Source of the DNA: an uncultured Alphaproteobacteria bacterium
Lineage (GTDB): Bacteria > Pseudomonadota > Alphaproteobacteria > Sphingomonadales > Sphingomonadaceae
Assembly: GCA_963754215.1 (NCBI GenBank)
Contig: CAVWER010000003.1
Location: forward strand, 285,566-349,565
Length of the DNA stretch: 64,000 nucleotides
Reading direction: 5' to 3'
The stretch's first letter is position 1. Each line of letters opens with the position of its first letter. The position numbers and the translations under genes were made by a program. The notes beneath the pieces were generated by a model. It saw nothing but the letters and a program-made list of their open reading frames with translations. It did no database searches and had not been told where the DNA came from. Positions 40,998-54,033 of the stretch are shown one piece after another.

Positions 40998-42557
40998 ATG
41001 ACCAGGCTATTCCTGGCGGCCGGCGTCGCGGCGCTGGCGATCACGGCCCCGCTGGCGGCGAAGCCCGGCGGCGGTGGACATGGCAATAACAATGCCGAAG
41101 CCCGGCCGGGCGGCGGCGGCGGCGGTGGCGGTCAGGCGCAGAAAGCGCAGCGCGGCGGTGGCGGCGGCCAGGCCCAGAGTTTCCAGCGTCAAAGAGGCGG
41201 TGGCGGTGGCCAGGCCCAGAGTTTCCAGCGTCGCGGTGGCGGCAGGGCCTTCCAGGTTCAGCGCGTCGAACGTCAGGGCGGCGGCCAGCGCTTCCAGATG
41301 CAGCGCCAGCAGCGCGCCCAGCGATTCGCTTTCCAGGAGCGTGGCCGCGGCCACGGCACCAAGGCCGCCCAGGTCGATCGCGGCCAGCGCATGCGCAACG
41401 TTGAGCGCCAGCAGGTTCGCGGCAATGCCATGCGCAATGCCGAACGCCAGCAGATCCGCGGCAACCAGATGCGTCAGGCACAGAACCGGTCGTTCGAGCG
41501 CCAGCAGCTGCGCGGCAACCGCATGGAGCAGGTCCGTAACAACCAGGCCTTCCGTAACGAGCAGCGCGGCAATCGGTTTGAGCGGGCCCAGAATCGCGAG
41601 ACAATTCGGAACGAGTTTCGGGCCAACCGGATCGAACAGCTGAATAACGGCATGCTGGTGCGCGATGCGCGTCTTGGCAACCGACAGATTCGAACCGAGG
41701 ATTTCCGCGCGAACGCGCGCGGCTATGGCGTCGGCGGCTGCCCGCCGGGTCTGGAATCGAAAGGCTGCATGCCTCCAGGACAGGCAGCGAAGCTCCTCGG
41801 AGCGCCGATCTCGACGGCGGCGAGTCTCGCGGGCCTGAGCGCGGTGCCGCTGTCGGCGCAGTACCTCTATCCGGACACCAACGATTATTATTATCGTTAC
41901 GGCGGCGACTATCTGTACCGGGTCGATCGCAGCTCGAGCCTGATCGACGCGCTGCTGCCGCTCGCATTCGGTGGCTATTCGCCGGGCTCGTACCTGCCCA
42001 ATTATTATATGGGCAGCAGCTATTTCCCGTCCGCCTACGGGTTCAATAACTACGGGTTCAATAGCTTCTACCCGGCGAGTTATGGTGCCGGCTATGGCTA
42101 CGGATACGACAATCTGTGCAACCGCTACGTCAACGGCACCATCTATCAGGTGGATTGTGTCACCGGGATGATCGTGGACGTGATCCCGCTCTACGCCGGC
42201 GGTTATGGTGTCGGGCAGCTACTCCCGACCGGCTACGGCTATTACAACGTGCCGTACCAGTATCGGGACATGTACTACGACACGTCCAACTCCGGTTATT
42301 GGTACGCGCCGGGCGCGATCTATCAGTACGATCCGTCGAGCAGCATGATCACGTCGGTCGCGGCGCTGCTGTCGCCGGGCTTCAACATCGGCCAGCCGCT
42401 TCCGCTCGGGTATGACGCGTACAACGTTCCTTACGGCTATCGGTCGACCTACTACGACACGCCGACGGCCTGGTACCGTTACAACAACGGCTACATCTAC
42501 CAGGTCGACCCCACCACGCAGCTGGTGACGGCGATCGTCGCATCGATTTTGACCTAG
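40998..42557 (+). CDS. Secreted low-complexity repeat protein (G/Q/R-rich N-half, Tyr-rich repeat C-half)
   Basis: Signal peptide; GGGGGQAQ and ERQQxRGN repeats; GCPPGL...CMPPGQA; four Y.Y..G.IY.VD..T/S..I repeats. Confidence 0.8.
   Translation: MTRLFLAAGVAALAITAPLAAKPGGGGHGNNNAEARPGGGGGGGGQAQKAQRGGGGGQAQSFQRQRGGGGGQAQSFQRRGGGRAFQVQRVERQGGGQRFQMQRQQRAQRFAFQERGRGHGTKAAQVDRGQRMRNVERQQVRGNAMRNAERQQIRGNQMRQAQNRSFERQQLRGNRMEQVRNNQAFRNEQRGNRFERAQNRETIRNEFRANRIEQLNNGMLVRDARLGNRQIRTEDFRANARGYGVGGCPPGLESKGCMPPGQAAKLLGAPISTAASLAGLSAVPLSAQYLYPDTNDYYYRYGGDYLYRVDRSSSLIDALLPLAFGGYSPGSYLPNYYMGSSYFPSAYGFNNYGFNSFYPASYGAGYGYGYDNLCNRYVNGTIYQVDCVTGMIVDVIPLYAGGYGVGQLLPTGYGYYNVPYQYRDMYYDTSNSGYWYAPGAIYQYDPSSSMITSVAALLSPGFNIGQPLPLGYDAYNVPYGYRSTYYDTPTAWYRYNNGYIYQVDPTTQLVTAIVASILT
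41154..41232 (+). repeat. Intragenic tandem repeat, two copies, period 42 bp
   Basis: ggcggtggcggyggccaggcccagagtttccagcgtc at 41154 and 41196. Confidence 0.8.
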
Positions 42558-42590
42558 TTGCGTTAAAACTGATCCAGCAATGGATCGTGG

Positions 42591-42624
42591 ATGGCCCGGC
42601 AAGCGTTGCCGGGCCATTTCGTTT
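42591..42624 (+). terminator. Terminator-like hairpin
   Basis: ATGGCCCGGCAA-GCG-TTGCCGGGCCAT followed by TTCGTTT. Confidence 0.6.
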
Positions 42625-42647
42625 GAAGACGACATTAGGAGAAGGTC

Positions 42648-43235
42648 ATGAAGACCCAGGCACTCACGCTCGGCCTCGCGGCGGTTTTGCTGGCCGCCGG
42701 CGGCTGCGACAATAAGGCGGATGGAAACCGCACCAATGCCCAGACCCCCGAAGCCCAGAAGGCGGCCGGCACCAAGACCATTGCCGCCGGAATGGCGCAG
42801 GGCGGCAAGTTCATCACGGCTGCGAAGGCCGCCGGGCTCGATCAGACCCTCGCCGGCGCGGGCCCCTATACGGTGCTGGTTCCCGACGACGCCGCATTCG
42901 ACAAGGCGCCGGCAGGAACGTTTGACGCCAAGCCCGAGAACCGGCCGGAGCTTACCGCGGTGATCACCAATTTGATCCTGCCCGGAACCGTGCTCGTCGC
43001 CGACATCGACAAGGCCATCGACAGAGGCAAGGGCAAGACCGTGCTGCCGACCTTTGGCGGGGGCACACTGACCGCCACCAAAGAGGGCGGCAAGACGGTC
43101 CTGACCGATGCCAAGGGCAACAAGGCGACGATTACGAAGGGCGACGAGCAATATTCGAACGGTGTCGTCCACCATGTCGATGCCGTCCTGATGCCCGCCA
43201 AGGCGGCAGCGCCACCGGCCAAGGCCGACCAATAG
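42648..43235 (+). CDS. Fasciclin (FAS1) domain lipoprotein
   Basis: Signal with Cys; AAGL..TL.G.GPYTVLVP.DAAF; SNGVVHHVDAVLMP. Confidence 0.88.
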   Translation: MKTQALTLGLAAVLLAAGGCDNKADGNRTNAQTPEAQKAAGTKTIAAGMAQGGKFITAAKAAGLDQTLAGAGPYTVLVPDDAAFDKAPAGTFDAKPENRPELTAVITNLILPGTVLVADIDKAIDRGKGKTVLPTFGGGTLTATKEGGKTVLTDAKGNKATITKGDEQYSNGVVHHVDAVLMPAKAAAPPAKADQ

Positions 43236-43311
43236 CCGCAATCAGCCACTGGAACCCGCGAAGCGGCTCGCTATAACAGGCCCTCACGCGTGGGTTGAGG
43301 GCTGGTGAGCG

Positions 43312-44415
43312 ATGAAGGCGACGATTGAACGGGCGACACTCCTGAAGAGCCTCGGCCACGTTCAGTCGGTCGTGGAGCGCCGCAACACCATCCCGATCCT
43401 GTCCAACGTGCTCATCGAGGCGCGCGATGACGGTTCGCTCAGGCTGATGGCCACCGATCTCGACCTGCAGGTCGACGAAAGCGTGCCCGCCAACGTCACC
43501 CAGGCGGGCGCGACCACGGTTTCGGCGCACACCTTGTTCGACATCGTCCGCAAGCTGCCCGAGGGCAGCCAGGTCGAGCTGAGCGCCGCCGAAGGCAAGA
43601 TGCAGGTGAATGCTGGGCGCGCCCGCTTCAGCCTGTCGACGCTCCCGCGCGACGATTTCCCAGTGATCGCCGAGGGCGAGCTGCCGACGCGGTTCGAGCT
43701 GCCCGCCGCGACCCTTCGCCAGATCATCGAAAAGACCCGCTTCGCCATCTCGAGCGAGGAGACTCGCTATTATCTGATGGGCATATTCCTCCACCTGATC
43801 GACGATCAGCTGCGCGCAGCGGCGACCGACGGCCACCGGCTCGCGCGAATCACCGTCGCCAAGCCCGACGGCGCCGACGGCATGCCGGACGTGATCGTGC
43901 CACGGAAATGCGTGGCGGAGCTCTATCGCCTGCTCGAGGAGGTCGAGGGCACGGTCGAAGTGTCGCTGTCGCCCACCAAGGTCCGCTTCGGTCTCGGCAG
44001 CGCGGTGCTGACCAGCAAGCTCATCGACGGCACCTTCCCGGATTACAATCGGGTGATCCCGACGGCCAACGACAAGCTCCTCAAGCTCGACCCCAAGAGC
44101 TTTTCGGCCGGCGTCGACCGGGTCTCGACCATCGCCTCGGAAAAGACCCGCGCGGTCAAGATGAGCGTCGATCGCGACAAGGTGACGTTGTCGGTGACCT
44201 CGCCCGAGAACGGCGTCGCGACCGAGGAGGTGCCGGCGGATTACGGCTCCGACGTGATCGAGATTGGCTTCAACGCCCGCTATCTGCTCGATATCCTCAG
44301 CGAGATCGACGGCGACGTTGTGGAGGTCCACCTGGCCGACGCGGCCGCCCCGACCCTGCTGCGCGAGAACGACAAGTCGAACGCGCTCTACGTGCTGATG
44401 CCGATGCGGGTGTGA
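43312..44415 (+). CDS. dnaN: DNA polymerase III beta clamp
   Basis: [44 protein letters not shown]. Confidence 0.98.
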   Translation: MKATIERATLLKSLGHVQSVVERRNTIPILSNVLIEARDDGSLRLMATDLDLQVDESVPANVTQAGATTVSAHTLFDIVRKLPEGSQVELSAAEGKMQVNAGRARFSLSTLPRDDFPVIAEGELPTRFELPAATLRQIIEKTRFAISSEETRYYLMGIFLHLIDDQLRAAATDGHRLARITVAKPDGADGMPDVIVPRKCVAELYRLLEEVEGTVEVSLSPTKVRFGLGSAVLTSKLIDGTFPDYNRVIPTANDKLLKLDPKSFSAGVDRVSTIASEKTRAVKMSVDRDKVTLSVTSPENGVATEEVPADYGSDVIEIGFNARYLLDILSEIDGDVVEVHLADAAAPTLLRENDKSNALYVLMPMRV

Positions 44416-44446
44416 GCCGCAAACATTAGCGGCTAAGCCGCTGCGC

Positions 44447-45502
44447 GTGCCCGTTTCCCGCCTAGCCCTCACCGATTTCCGCTCCTACGCCTCGGCGCTG
44501 ATCGAGCCTGGGCGCGGCTTCGTTCTCCTCAGCGGCGAGAATGGGGCGGGCAAGACCAACATCCTCGAGGCCGTGTCGCTGCTCGCACCCGGGCGCGGCC
44601 TTCGCGGCGCCGCCCTGGGCGAGATGGCGCGGCAGGGCGGCGACGGTGCCTTCGCAGTCGCGGCGCGCGCCGGCGAGACCGACATCGGTACCGGCACGCT
44701 CGCCAGCGCGCCCGAGCGCCGCCAGGTCCGGATCAACGGCGCCCCCGCGGCGGTCAACTCGGTTGGCGAGCTTTTGGCGGTGCTATGGGTGACCCCGGCG
44801 ATGGACCGGCTGTTTACCGGCCCCGCCGGCGAGCGCCGCCGATTCCTCGACCGGCTGGTCCTCGCGCTCGAGCCGACCCACGCGCACCATAGCGCGCGCT
44901 ACGAAGCCGCGATGCGGGCGAGGAACAAGCTGCTCGTCGAGGATGGTCCCGACGAAGGCTGGCTGGCCGCGCTCGAAGCGCAAATGGCCGAGCATGGCGC
45001 GATGGTTGCCGAGGCGCGCGCCCGTACCGTCGCCGCGCTCGAGGAGCGGCTGGCGAGCGCGCCCGCGGACGAATTCGCCCGCGGCGCCATTGCGCTCGAC
45101 GGTTGGGACGGCGGCGATCTCGCCGCTTTGCTCGGCGCCAACCGCGCCCGTGACGCCGCCGCCGGACGCGCGCTCCTTGGACCTCACCGGCAGGATCTCG
45201 CGGTCTCCCACCGGCTCAAGGGTATGTCCGCGGCGCGCAGCTCCACTGGCGAGCAGAAAGCGCTGCTGCTCGGCCTCGTCCTCGCCCATGCCGAGCTGGT
45301 CGCCGACCGCCGCGGCGAACCGCCGATCCTGCTGCTCGACGAGGTCGCCGCCCACCTGGATCCCAAGCGGCGCGCGGCGCTGTTCGATCGGCTCGAAGAC
45401 CGCGGTCAGGTGTGGATGACCGCGACCGAATCCGCTCTGTTCGACGGCATCGGCAGCGCCTCGCGCTTCGCCGTCAGCCCGGGGCAGATTCAGCCCGCCT
45501 GA
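44447..45502 (+). CDS. recF: DNA replication/repair protein RecF
   Basis: [45 protein letters not shown]. Confidence 0.96.
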   Translation: MPVSRLALTDFRSYASALIEPGRGFVLLSGENGAGKTNILEAVSLLAPGRGLRGAALGEMARQGGDGAFAVAARAGETDIGTGTLASAPERRQVRINGAPAAVNSVGELLAVLWVTPAMDRLFTGPAGERRRFLDRLVLALEPTHAHHSARYEAAMRARNKLLVEDGPDEGWLAALEAQMAEHGAMVAEARARTVAALEERLASAPADEFARGAIALDGWDGGDLAALLGANRARDAAAGRALLGPHRQDLAVSHRLKGMSAARSSTGEQKALLLGLVLAHAELVADRRGEPPILLLDEVAAHLDPKRRAALFDRLEDRGQVWMTATESALFDGIGSASRFAVSPGQIQPA

Positions 45503-45534
45503 ATTCGTGCGCGCACGCGCGTACGCGCGCGTGA

Positions 45535-48108
<2,574 letters not shown>

Positions 48109-48142
48109 GAAGAATACACTAAGGGCGGCTATTGACGCTGGC

Positions 48143-48907
48143 GTGAGCAGCCCACCGACCCTCACCGTCGCAAGCTACAATATGCGAAAGGCGATCGGCC
48201 TCGACCGGCGCCGTGACCCGCACCGCGTGCTCGACGTGCTCCACGAGATCGATGCCGACATCGTCGCGCTGCAGGAGGCCGACAAGCGCTTCGGCGGGCG
48301 TGGATCGGCGGTGCCGCACGAGCTGATCGACACCCACGGAGTCTACAAGCCGGTCCATCTGGGCGTGCGCCACAAGCGTATGCTCGACAGGGCGCGCAAG
48401 CACACCGACCGTCTGTTCAAGGTCAACACCCGCAACATCGGCTGGCACGGCAACGCGATCCTGGTGAAACGGCACATCGGCGTGATCGATTGCGCCGCGC
48501 TCGACCTGCCGACCCTGGAACCGCGCGGCGCGGTGATGGCCGAGCTGCTGGTCGGCGACCGGCCGCTGAGGATCGTGGGCATGCACCTCGATCTCTCGGG
48601 GCTTTGGCGCAAGAGGCAGATGCGCGCGATTCTCGAGGCGGTCGCCGAGCGGCCGCAGAAAATGCCCACGGTGCTGATGGGCGACACCAACGAATGGCGC
48701 ACGGTCGCCGGATGCTTAAGGGAGCTGGAGCCCGATTTTCACATCGCTCCGACCGGCCCAACCTTCCATGCCCAGCATCCGGTCGCCGCGCTCGACCGGA
48801 TCATCGTCCACAAGGACCTCAATATCGAGGCATCGGGCGTGCACATGAGCCATAACGCGCGGCGCGCCTCGGACCATCTACCGATCTGGGCGCGGCTGTC
48901 GGGCTAG
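48143..48907 (+). CDS. Endonuclease/exonuclease/phosphatase family protein
   Basis: ASYN, DIVALQE, GNAIL, HL, GDTNEW, LDRI, SDHLP. Confidence 0.9.
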   Translation: MSSPPTLTVASYNMRKAIGLDRRRDPHRVLDVLHEIDADIVALQEADKRFGGRGSAVPHELIDTHGVYKPVHLGVRHKRMLDRARKHTDRLFKVNTRNIGWHGNAILVKRHIGVIDCAALDLPTLEPRGAVMAELLVGDRPLRIVGMHLDLSGLWRKRQMRAILEAVAERPQKMPTVLMGDTNEWRTVAGCLRELEPDFHIAPTGPTFHAQHPVAALDRIIVHKDLNIEASGVHMSHNARRASDHLPIWARLSG

Positions 48908-50373
48908 CCGGCGATCTTTCTTAGGCGCCGCCGCTGGATCGACGAGCCGATCCCCATCGATTCGCGATATTTGACCACGGTCCGGCGGGCGACGTCGAAC
49001 CCGCGCTGCTTGAGCAGCGCGGCGAGCGCGTCGTCGCTGAGGATTTCGGTTTCCGCTTCGATCAGCTGGCCGATCGCGTCTTTGACCGCCTCGGCCGCGA
49101 CGCCGCCCTCGCCTTCGGCCGAAGCCACCCCCGAACCGAAGAAATATTTGAGCTCGAAGAGGCCGCGGTCGCACAGCATATATTTGTTCGAGGTCACCCG
49201 GCTGACGGTCGATTCGTGCATCTCGATCGCCTCGGCGACCTCGCGCAGAGTGAGCGGCCTCAGACCGGCGACGCCGCGCTCGAAAAAGCCTTGCTGCCGC
49301 TTCACGATTTCGCTCACAACCTTGACGATCGTCCGCGCCCGTTGGTCGAGCGCCTTAACCAGCCAGTTGGCGCTGGCGAGGCATTCGCTGAGCCAGGCTT
49401 TCGATTGCCTGTCCTGCGGGCCGCTTTTCAGCTCCTGATAATAGCGGCGGTTGACCAGGAGCCGCGGCAGGGTCGCCTGGTTCAGTTCAACCGCATAACC
49501 GCTGCGCAGCGCGCGTACAAACACGTCGGGCGTCACGTCCTCGGCTGCGCTGGCCATGAATTGGCAGCCTGGCTTGGGATCGTATGCGCGAAGCTCGCGG
49601 ATCATGTCGGCGAGATCCTCATCGTCGACCCCGCAGATTCGCTTGAGATCGCCCGTGCGGCCCTTCGAGAGCAGGTCGAGGTTGTCGATGAGCCGCGCCA
49701 TTGCCGGGTCGTAGCGGTCGGCGGCCTTGGCCTGGAGCGCGAGGCATTCGGCCAGCCAGCGGGCGCCGACTCCGGCGGGTTCGAGGCCCTGGACGATCGC
49801 CAGCGCCCGTTCGACCGCCATCAGCGGCGCTCCGGCCGACTCGGCGATGTCGGCCAGCGGAACGGTCAAATAACCAGTCTCTTCCAGCATCTCCGCGATC
49901 AGCCGAGCGAGGTCGCCCTCTTCGCCCCCCTGTCCGTGGAGCTGATCGGCGAGATGCTGGGCGAGCGACGCCGCGGCATACTCGACGCGCTCGAAATCGA
50001 ACGCCTCGTCGCTTCCGCTGGAGGTCACGACATCGGTGAAACTGTCGGTTTCGAGCGCCTCGGCATTCCAGTCCATGTCGAGCGGCCGGTCATCCTCGGC
50101 CTGGGCCATGATCAGGTCGTCGGCGCCAGGATCCTCGGGCGTCTCATTGCTGTCGAGTGGCGGCTCGTCCGGTTCGCCCGGTGCTGGCGCGGGGTCGCGC
50201 TCGTCGTCCTCGCCGCCGCTTGCCTCGAGCAACGGGTTCTTGGAAATCTCCTCGGCGATGAAGGCTTCGAGCTCCAGGTTGCTGAGCTGCAGCAGCTTGA
50301 TCGCCTGGGTCAGCTGGGGCGTGAGCACCAGCGACTGGCTTTGGCGGATGCTTAAGGACGGTCCGAGCGCCAC
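48904..50373 (-). CDS. rpoN: RNA polymerase sigma-54 factor
   Basis: LTPQLTQAIKLLQL, EPAGVGAR, HESTVSR, RpoN box ARRTVVKYR. Confidence 0.96.
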   Translation of the reverse strand: MALGPSLSIRQSQSLVLTPQLTQAIKLLQLSNLELEAFIAEEISKNPLLEASGGEDDERDPAPAPGEPDEPPLDSNETPEDPGADDLIMAQAEDDRPLDMDWNAEALETDSFTDVVTSSGSDEAFDFERVEYAAASLAQHLADQLHGQGGEEGDLARLIAEMLEETGYLTVPLADIAESAGAPLMAVERALAIVQGLEPAGVGARWLAECLALQAKAADRYDPAMARLIDNLDLLSKGRTGDLKRICGVDDEDLADMIRELRAYDPKPGCQFMASAAEDVTPDVFVRALRSGYAVELNQATLPRLLVNRRYYQELKSGPQDRQSKAWLSECLASANWLVKALDQRARTIVKVVSEIVKRQQGFFERGVAGLRPLTLREVAEAIEMHESTVSRVTSNKYMLCDRGLFELKYFFGSGVASAEGEGGVAAEAVKDAIGQLIEAETEILSDDALAALLKQRGFDVARRTVVKYRESMGIGSSIQRRRLRKIAG

Positions 50374-50384
50374 GGCCGCCGCCG

Positions 50385-51158
50385 CTAGAGCGCGAAGCTC
50401 TCGCCGAGGTAGAGGCGCCGGACCTCCTGGTCGGCGACCAACGCTTCGGGAGTGCCCTGGAACAAGACCTGGCCGTCGTAGATGATGCAGGCGCGGTCGA
50501 CGATATCGAGCGTCTCGCGGACGTTATGGTCGGTGATGAGCACGCCGATGTCGCGCTGCTTCAATTCCCGCACCAGCTCACGAATGTCGGCGATCGAGAT
50601 CGGGTCGATGCCGGCGAACGGCTCGTCGAGGAGCATAATCGACGGCTCGGCCGCGAGCGCACGGGCGATCTCGCAGCGCCTGCGCTCGCCGCCCGAAAGC
50701 GACATTGCCGCCGCATCGCGCAAATCGACCAGACCGAATTCGGTCAGCAGCCTTTCGAGGATGTCGCGGCGGGCGTGGCGGTCGGGCTCGTCGACCTCGA
50801 GCACCGCCATGATGTTCTGCTCGACCGTCATCCCACGGAAGATCGACGTTTCCTGCGGCAGGTATCCCAGGCCAAGGATCGCGCGCCGGTACATCGGCAA
50901 ATCGGTGATGTCATCGCCGTCGAGGATGATCCGGCCGCTGTCGGGCTTCACCAGCCCCATGATCGAATAAAAGCAGGTCGTCTTGCCCGCGCCATTGGGG
51001 CCGAGCAGCCCGACGACCGCCCCGCGGCGAACGTCGAGCGACACGTCGTGGAGCACCGCGCGGCGGTCATAAGCCTTGGCGATCGAGCGGACCTCGAGCC
51101 CGCCCGTGGCTTGCTGGGCCTCGCTTCCCGGTCGCGCGAAGGTTGCCGCTTCGTTCAT
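50385..51158 (-). CDS. lptB: Lpt ABC transporter ATP-binding protein
   Basis: GPNGAGKTT.FY, GYLPQE.SIF, LSGGERRR.EIAR, DEPFAGIDP, ITDHNVRETL. Confidence 0.95.
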   Translation of the reverse strand: MNEAATFARPGSEAQQATGGLEVRSIAKAYDRRAVLHDVSLDVRRGAVVGLLGPNGAGKTTCFYSIMGLVKPDSGRIILDGDDITDLPMYRRAILGLGYLPQETSIFRGMTVEQNIMAVLEVDEPDRHARRDILERLLTEFGLVDLRDAAAMSLSGGERRRCEIARALAAEPSIMLLDEPFAGIDPISIADIRELVRELKQRDIGVLITDHNVRETLDIVDRACIIYDGQVLFQGTPEALVADQEVRRLYLGESFAL

Positions 51159-51162
51159 CGTC

Positions 51163-51720
51163 TTATTGCTGTGTTTTCTGGGGGACGGTGAAGTGCCCGG
51201 TGACCCGGCCGCCGCTTTGGTTGACGCCCGCTGGACCGCCGTCGATCACCGCGCGGCCCGAATCGAGATCGATCACCAGCCGCGAGCCGTTGACCTGGTT
51301 GGCGCCGCGGTTGAGCTGGACGTCGCCGATCAGCGTGATCAGCCGGCGATCGAGATCGTAGACCCCGAACTCGCCCTTGGCGGTCTCGGACGGGCTTCGC
51401 ACAGTGACTCCGCCGGCCGCGTCGAGGCGCCGGATCTGCACTCCGCCCGAACTTGAGTAAGCGACCGTGAGCCGCGCCGCGTCGAGCGTGAGCTCGGCTT
51501 GCGTCACGTGGACGTTGCCGGCGAAGATCGCGCGGTCGGCCCGATCCTGCACTTCGATCCGGTCGGCGCTGACGTCGACCGGCGCATTGCGGTCGTGGCC
51601 CTTGAGCGCCGAAGTCAACTCCTGCTTCTGCTGGGCGAGCGCCACATTGGCGATGAGCCCCGCCGAGGCCGTTGTAAGAGCAAGTGCAAGAATGGTGCCG
51701 AATGCGCGCATCACCGTCAT
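51163..51720 (-). CDS. lptA: LptA/OstA family periplasmic protein
   Basis: APVDVSADR, F.GNV.V.Q, GRVTG.F; between lptC and lptB. Confidence 0.88.
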   Translation of the reverse strand: MTVMRAFGTILALALTTASAGLIANVALAQQKQELTSALKGHDRNAPVDVSADRIEVQDRADRAIFAGNVHVTQAELTLDAARLTVAYSSSGGVQIRRLDAAGGVTVRSPSETAKGEFGVYDLDRRLITLIGDVQLNRGANQVNGSRLVIDLDSGRAVIDGGPAGVNQSGGRVTGHFTVPQKTQQ

Positions 51721-52355
51721 CTGACCGCCCCTTGCACGATTTTCAAGCGAGCCCCGCCGCCGAGCACGACAGTCCGGCTCCCGAGGTCGGCCTGGAGATT
51801 GCCGGCCTGGAACTGGCCGAGCCGCATTTGGCCCGCGACCGGGCCCGCGCTCGCCAGCTGGCGAGACTTGAGGTCGACTCGGACGTCGCGGGTCTCGAGC
51901 CGGTAGCCGTCCGGGCCGACCACGCGGACCGGGCCATTCACGTCGACCTTTTGCGAATCGAGGTCATAGCGGCCCTGGTTGGCGAGGATCATCAGCGGCC
52001 CGTTGGCGAGCGCGAGGCGGGCGAACATCCCCTCGATATCGACCACCGGCACCTCCGAGCTGTGCTGGATCGCGCGGTTGGCGGTGATCTCGAACTTTTG
52101 GCCCTTGTCGTCGGCGCCGACATAGCGCGCGATCTCGACCCTCATCCGCTCGGGAGCGTTCTCGACCTTTTTCTTGTCGAGGATGAAACTGACGTCGCCA
52201 TGCTTGTCGAGCGGCGCCAGCATCAGGACCGCGATCAGCACTCCGACCGCGCTCGGCAGTAGAATCTTCGACCAGCGCACGATGCTGTCATGCGCGCTTC
52301 CCGGCACTGCCCAGCGCTGCTTGACGACGCGCTCGCGAATCGCAGCTTCAGACAT
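51717..52355 (-). CDS. lptC: LptC
   Basis: N-terminal TM, Y.G.DDKG..F.I.A, beta-jellyroll pattern; operon position. Confidence 0.85.
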   Translation of the reverse strand: MSEAAIRERVVKQRWAVPGSAHDSIVRWSKILLPSAVGVLIAVLMLAPLDKHGDVSFILDKKKVENAPERMRVEIARYVGADDKGQKFEITANRAIQHSSEVPVVDIEGMFARLALANGPLMILANQGRYDLDSQKVDVNGPVRVVGPDGYRLETRDVRVDLKSRQLASAGPVAGQMRLGQFQAGNLQADLGSRTVVLGGGARLKIVQGAVR

Positions 52356-52363
52356 CGATCGGT

Positions 52364-52984
52364 TCAGCCGTCATGCGCGAAGATGTCCTGCTCGGCCCAG
52401 CCCGCGATATCGAGCAAAGCGCGCGCGGGGATGAAGTCGAAACAGGCCTGGGCGAGCGCGACGCGGTCCTCGCGCTCGAGCCGCTCGTCGAGCCTTTCCT
52501 TCAAGGCATGGAGGTAGCGCACGTCGCCGGCGGCATAGTCGCGCTGCGCCTCGGATAGGTCGGCGGCGCCCCAGTCGCTGGTTTGCTGCTGTTTCGAAAC
52601 GTCGATGTTCAGCAGCTCCTTGATGAGGTCCTTAAGGCCGTGCCGGTCGGTGTAGGTGCGCACCAGGCGCGAGGCCGTGCGAGTGCAGTAAAGCGGGGCC
52701 GCCACAATCCCGAGATAGGCCTGGATGATGCCGACGTCGAAGCGGGCGAAATGGTAGAGCTTGAGGCGGTCGGAGTCGCTGAGAAGGCTCTTGAGGATGG
52801 GTGCCGAATAATCGCTTCCGCGCGCGAAGCGGACGAGGTGCTCGTCGCCCTTGCCGTCGGACAATTGCACCAGGCATAGCCGGTCGCGGCCCGCGACCAG
52901 GCCCATGGCTTCCGTGTCCACCGCGATCGGGCCGTCAAAAACGACCTCTGCCGGCAGGTCTTCCTCGTGGAAATGAATCGCCAT
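52364..52984 (-). CDS. rnd: Ribonuclease D family 3'-5' exonuclease
   Basis: AVDTEAMGL...RDRLCLVQL, HFARFD, RTYTDRHGL, SKQQQTSDWG, YAA.DV. Confidence 0.9.
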   Translation of the reverse strand: MAIHFHEEDLPAEVVFDGPIAVDTEAMGLVAGRDRLCLVQLSDGKGDEHLVRFARGSDYSAPILKSLLSDSDRLKLYHFARFDVGIIQAYLGIVAAPLYCTRTASRLVRTYTDRHGLKDLIKELLNIDVSKQQQTSDWGAADLSEAQRDYAAGDVRYLHALKERLDERLEREDRVALAQACFDFIPARALLDIAGWAEQDIFAHDG

Positions 52985-53196
52985 TCGTGCTCCGTTTCTT
53001 GGGGCTTGGCCATGCTTTAGTCTCCCACCCGCTTGGTCTGCCAGCCCCCCAAAAGATTCAGTGGGGTGGAGCCAGCCATATTTTTCATGTAATGCGGCGG
53101 TCGGTGCGTGAGTGGGACACGTGCCGTGACCGGTTGCGCTCAGGGCCCAGCGCGTTGGTACTATGTTGTTGTGGGCACACGGAAGTTTGGACGGGC

Positions 53197-53974
53197 ATGG
53201 GTTTCGACAGAGGGCGCAAAGGCGACCGCGGCGCGCGCGGCCGCGATAAACGTGACGGTTTCGGCGAAGAGACAATCAGCGAACCAGGCGGATTCCAGGA
53301 GCGCGGCGGCTACGGCGGCCGGGGCGGCTTTGGTGACCGCGGTGGGTTTGGCGGCGGTGCCGGCGGTGGTGGTGGCTATGGCGGCGGCGGAGGCGGTGGC
53401 TTCCGTGGCGGTGGCGCTGGTGGCGGCGGCGGTTTTCGAGGCGGCGGGCGGTGGCGGAATGCCTCCGCAGGTCGTGGGCGAGGCCAAGGGCATCGTCAAA
53501 TTCTTCAATCCGCAAAAGGGTTTTGGCTTCATCGTCCGCGATGACGGCGGAGAGGACGTGTTCGTCCATATCTCCGCAGTCGAGCAGGCCGGTCTGACCG
53601 ACCTGGCCGACGGTCAGCCGCTCGAATTCACTCTGGTCGATCGGGGTGGACGGATATCGGCGACCAACCTTCGGATCGAGGGCGAGCCAATGGCGGTCGA
53701 GCGCAGCGGCGGCAGTGGTGGTGCCGGCGGTGACCGCGGGCCGCAGCGTCAGCTGACCGGCGAGAAGGCCAGCGGCACGGTCAAATTCTTCAACGCGATG
53801 AAAGGCTTCGGCTTCATTCAGCGCGACGACGGGCAACCCGATGCGTTCGTCCACATCTCGGCGGTCGAGCGGGCTGGAATCCCGACGCTCAACGAGGGCG
53901 ACCGGCTCGAATTCGAGATCGAGGTCGACCGGCGCGGAAAATATGCGGCGGTGAACCTTCAGCCACTGACCTGA
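53197..53974 (+). CDS. Tandem cold-shock-domain protein with RGG-rich N-terminal tail (frameshift near 53445)
   Basis: MGFDRGRKGDRG...RGGFGDRGGFGGG; two CSDs (VKFFN..KGFGFI, FVHISA). Confidence 0.88.
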
Positions 53975-53997
53975 TTTCCCTTTTCTGGGGGCGAGAG

Positions 53998-54033
53998 GCG
54001 CCCGTCCGGTCAAGCGCCGGGCGGGCGCTTTTT
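53998..54033. terminator. Terminator hairpin between convergent genes
   Basis: GCGCCCGTCCGG...CCGGGCGGGCGC followed by TTTTT. Confidence 0.7.

Noticed and set aside
41100-41560. CRISPR-like or non-coding repeat array
   Set aside because: Repeats are in frame, vary at codon level and have no unique spacers; they are protein repeats. No cas genes are present.
43236-43311. Replication origin upstream of dnaN-recF-gyrB
   Set aside because: The gap is only about 75 bp with no dnaA gene, DnaA boxes or AT-rich unwinding element.
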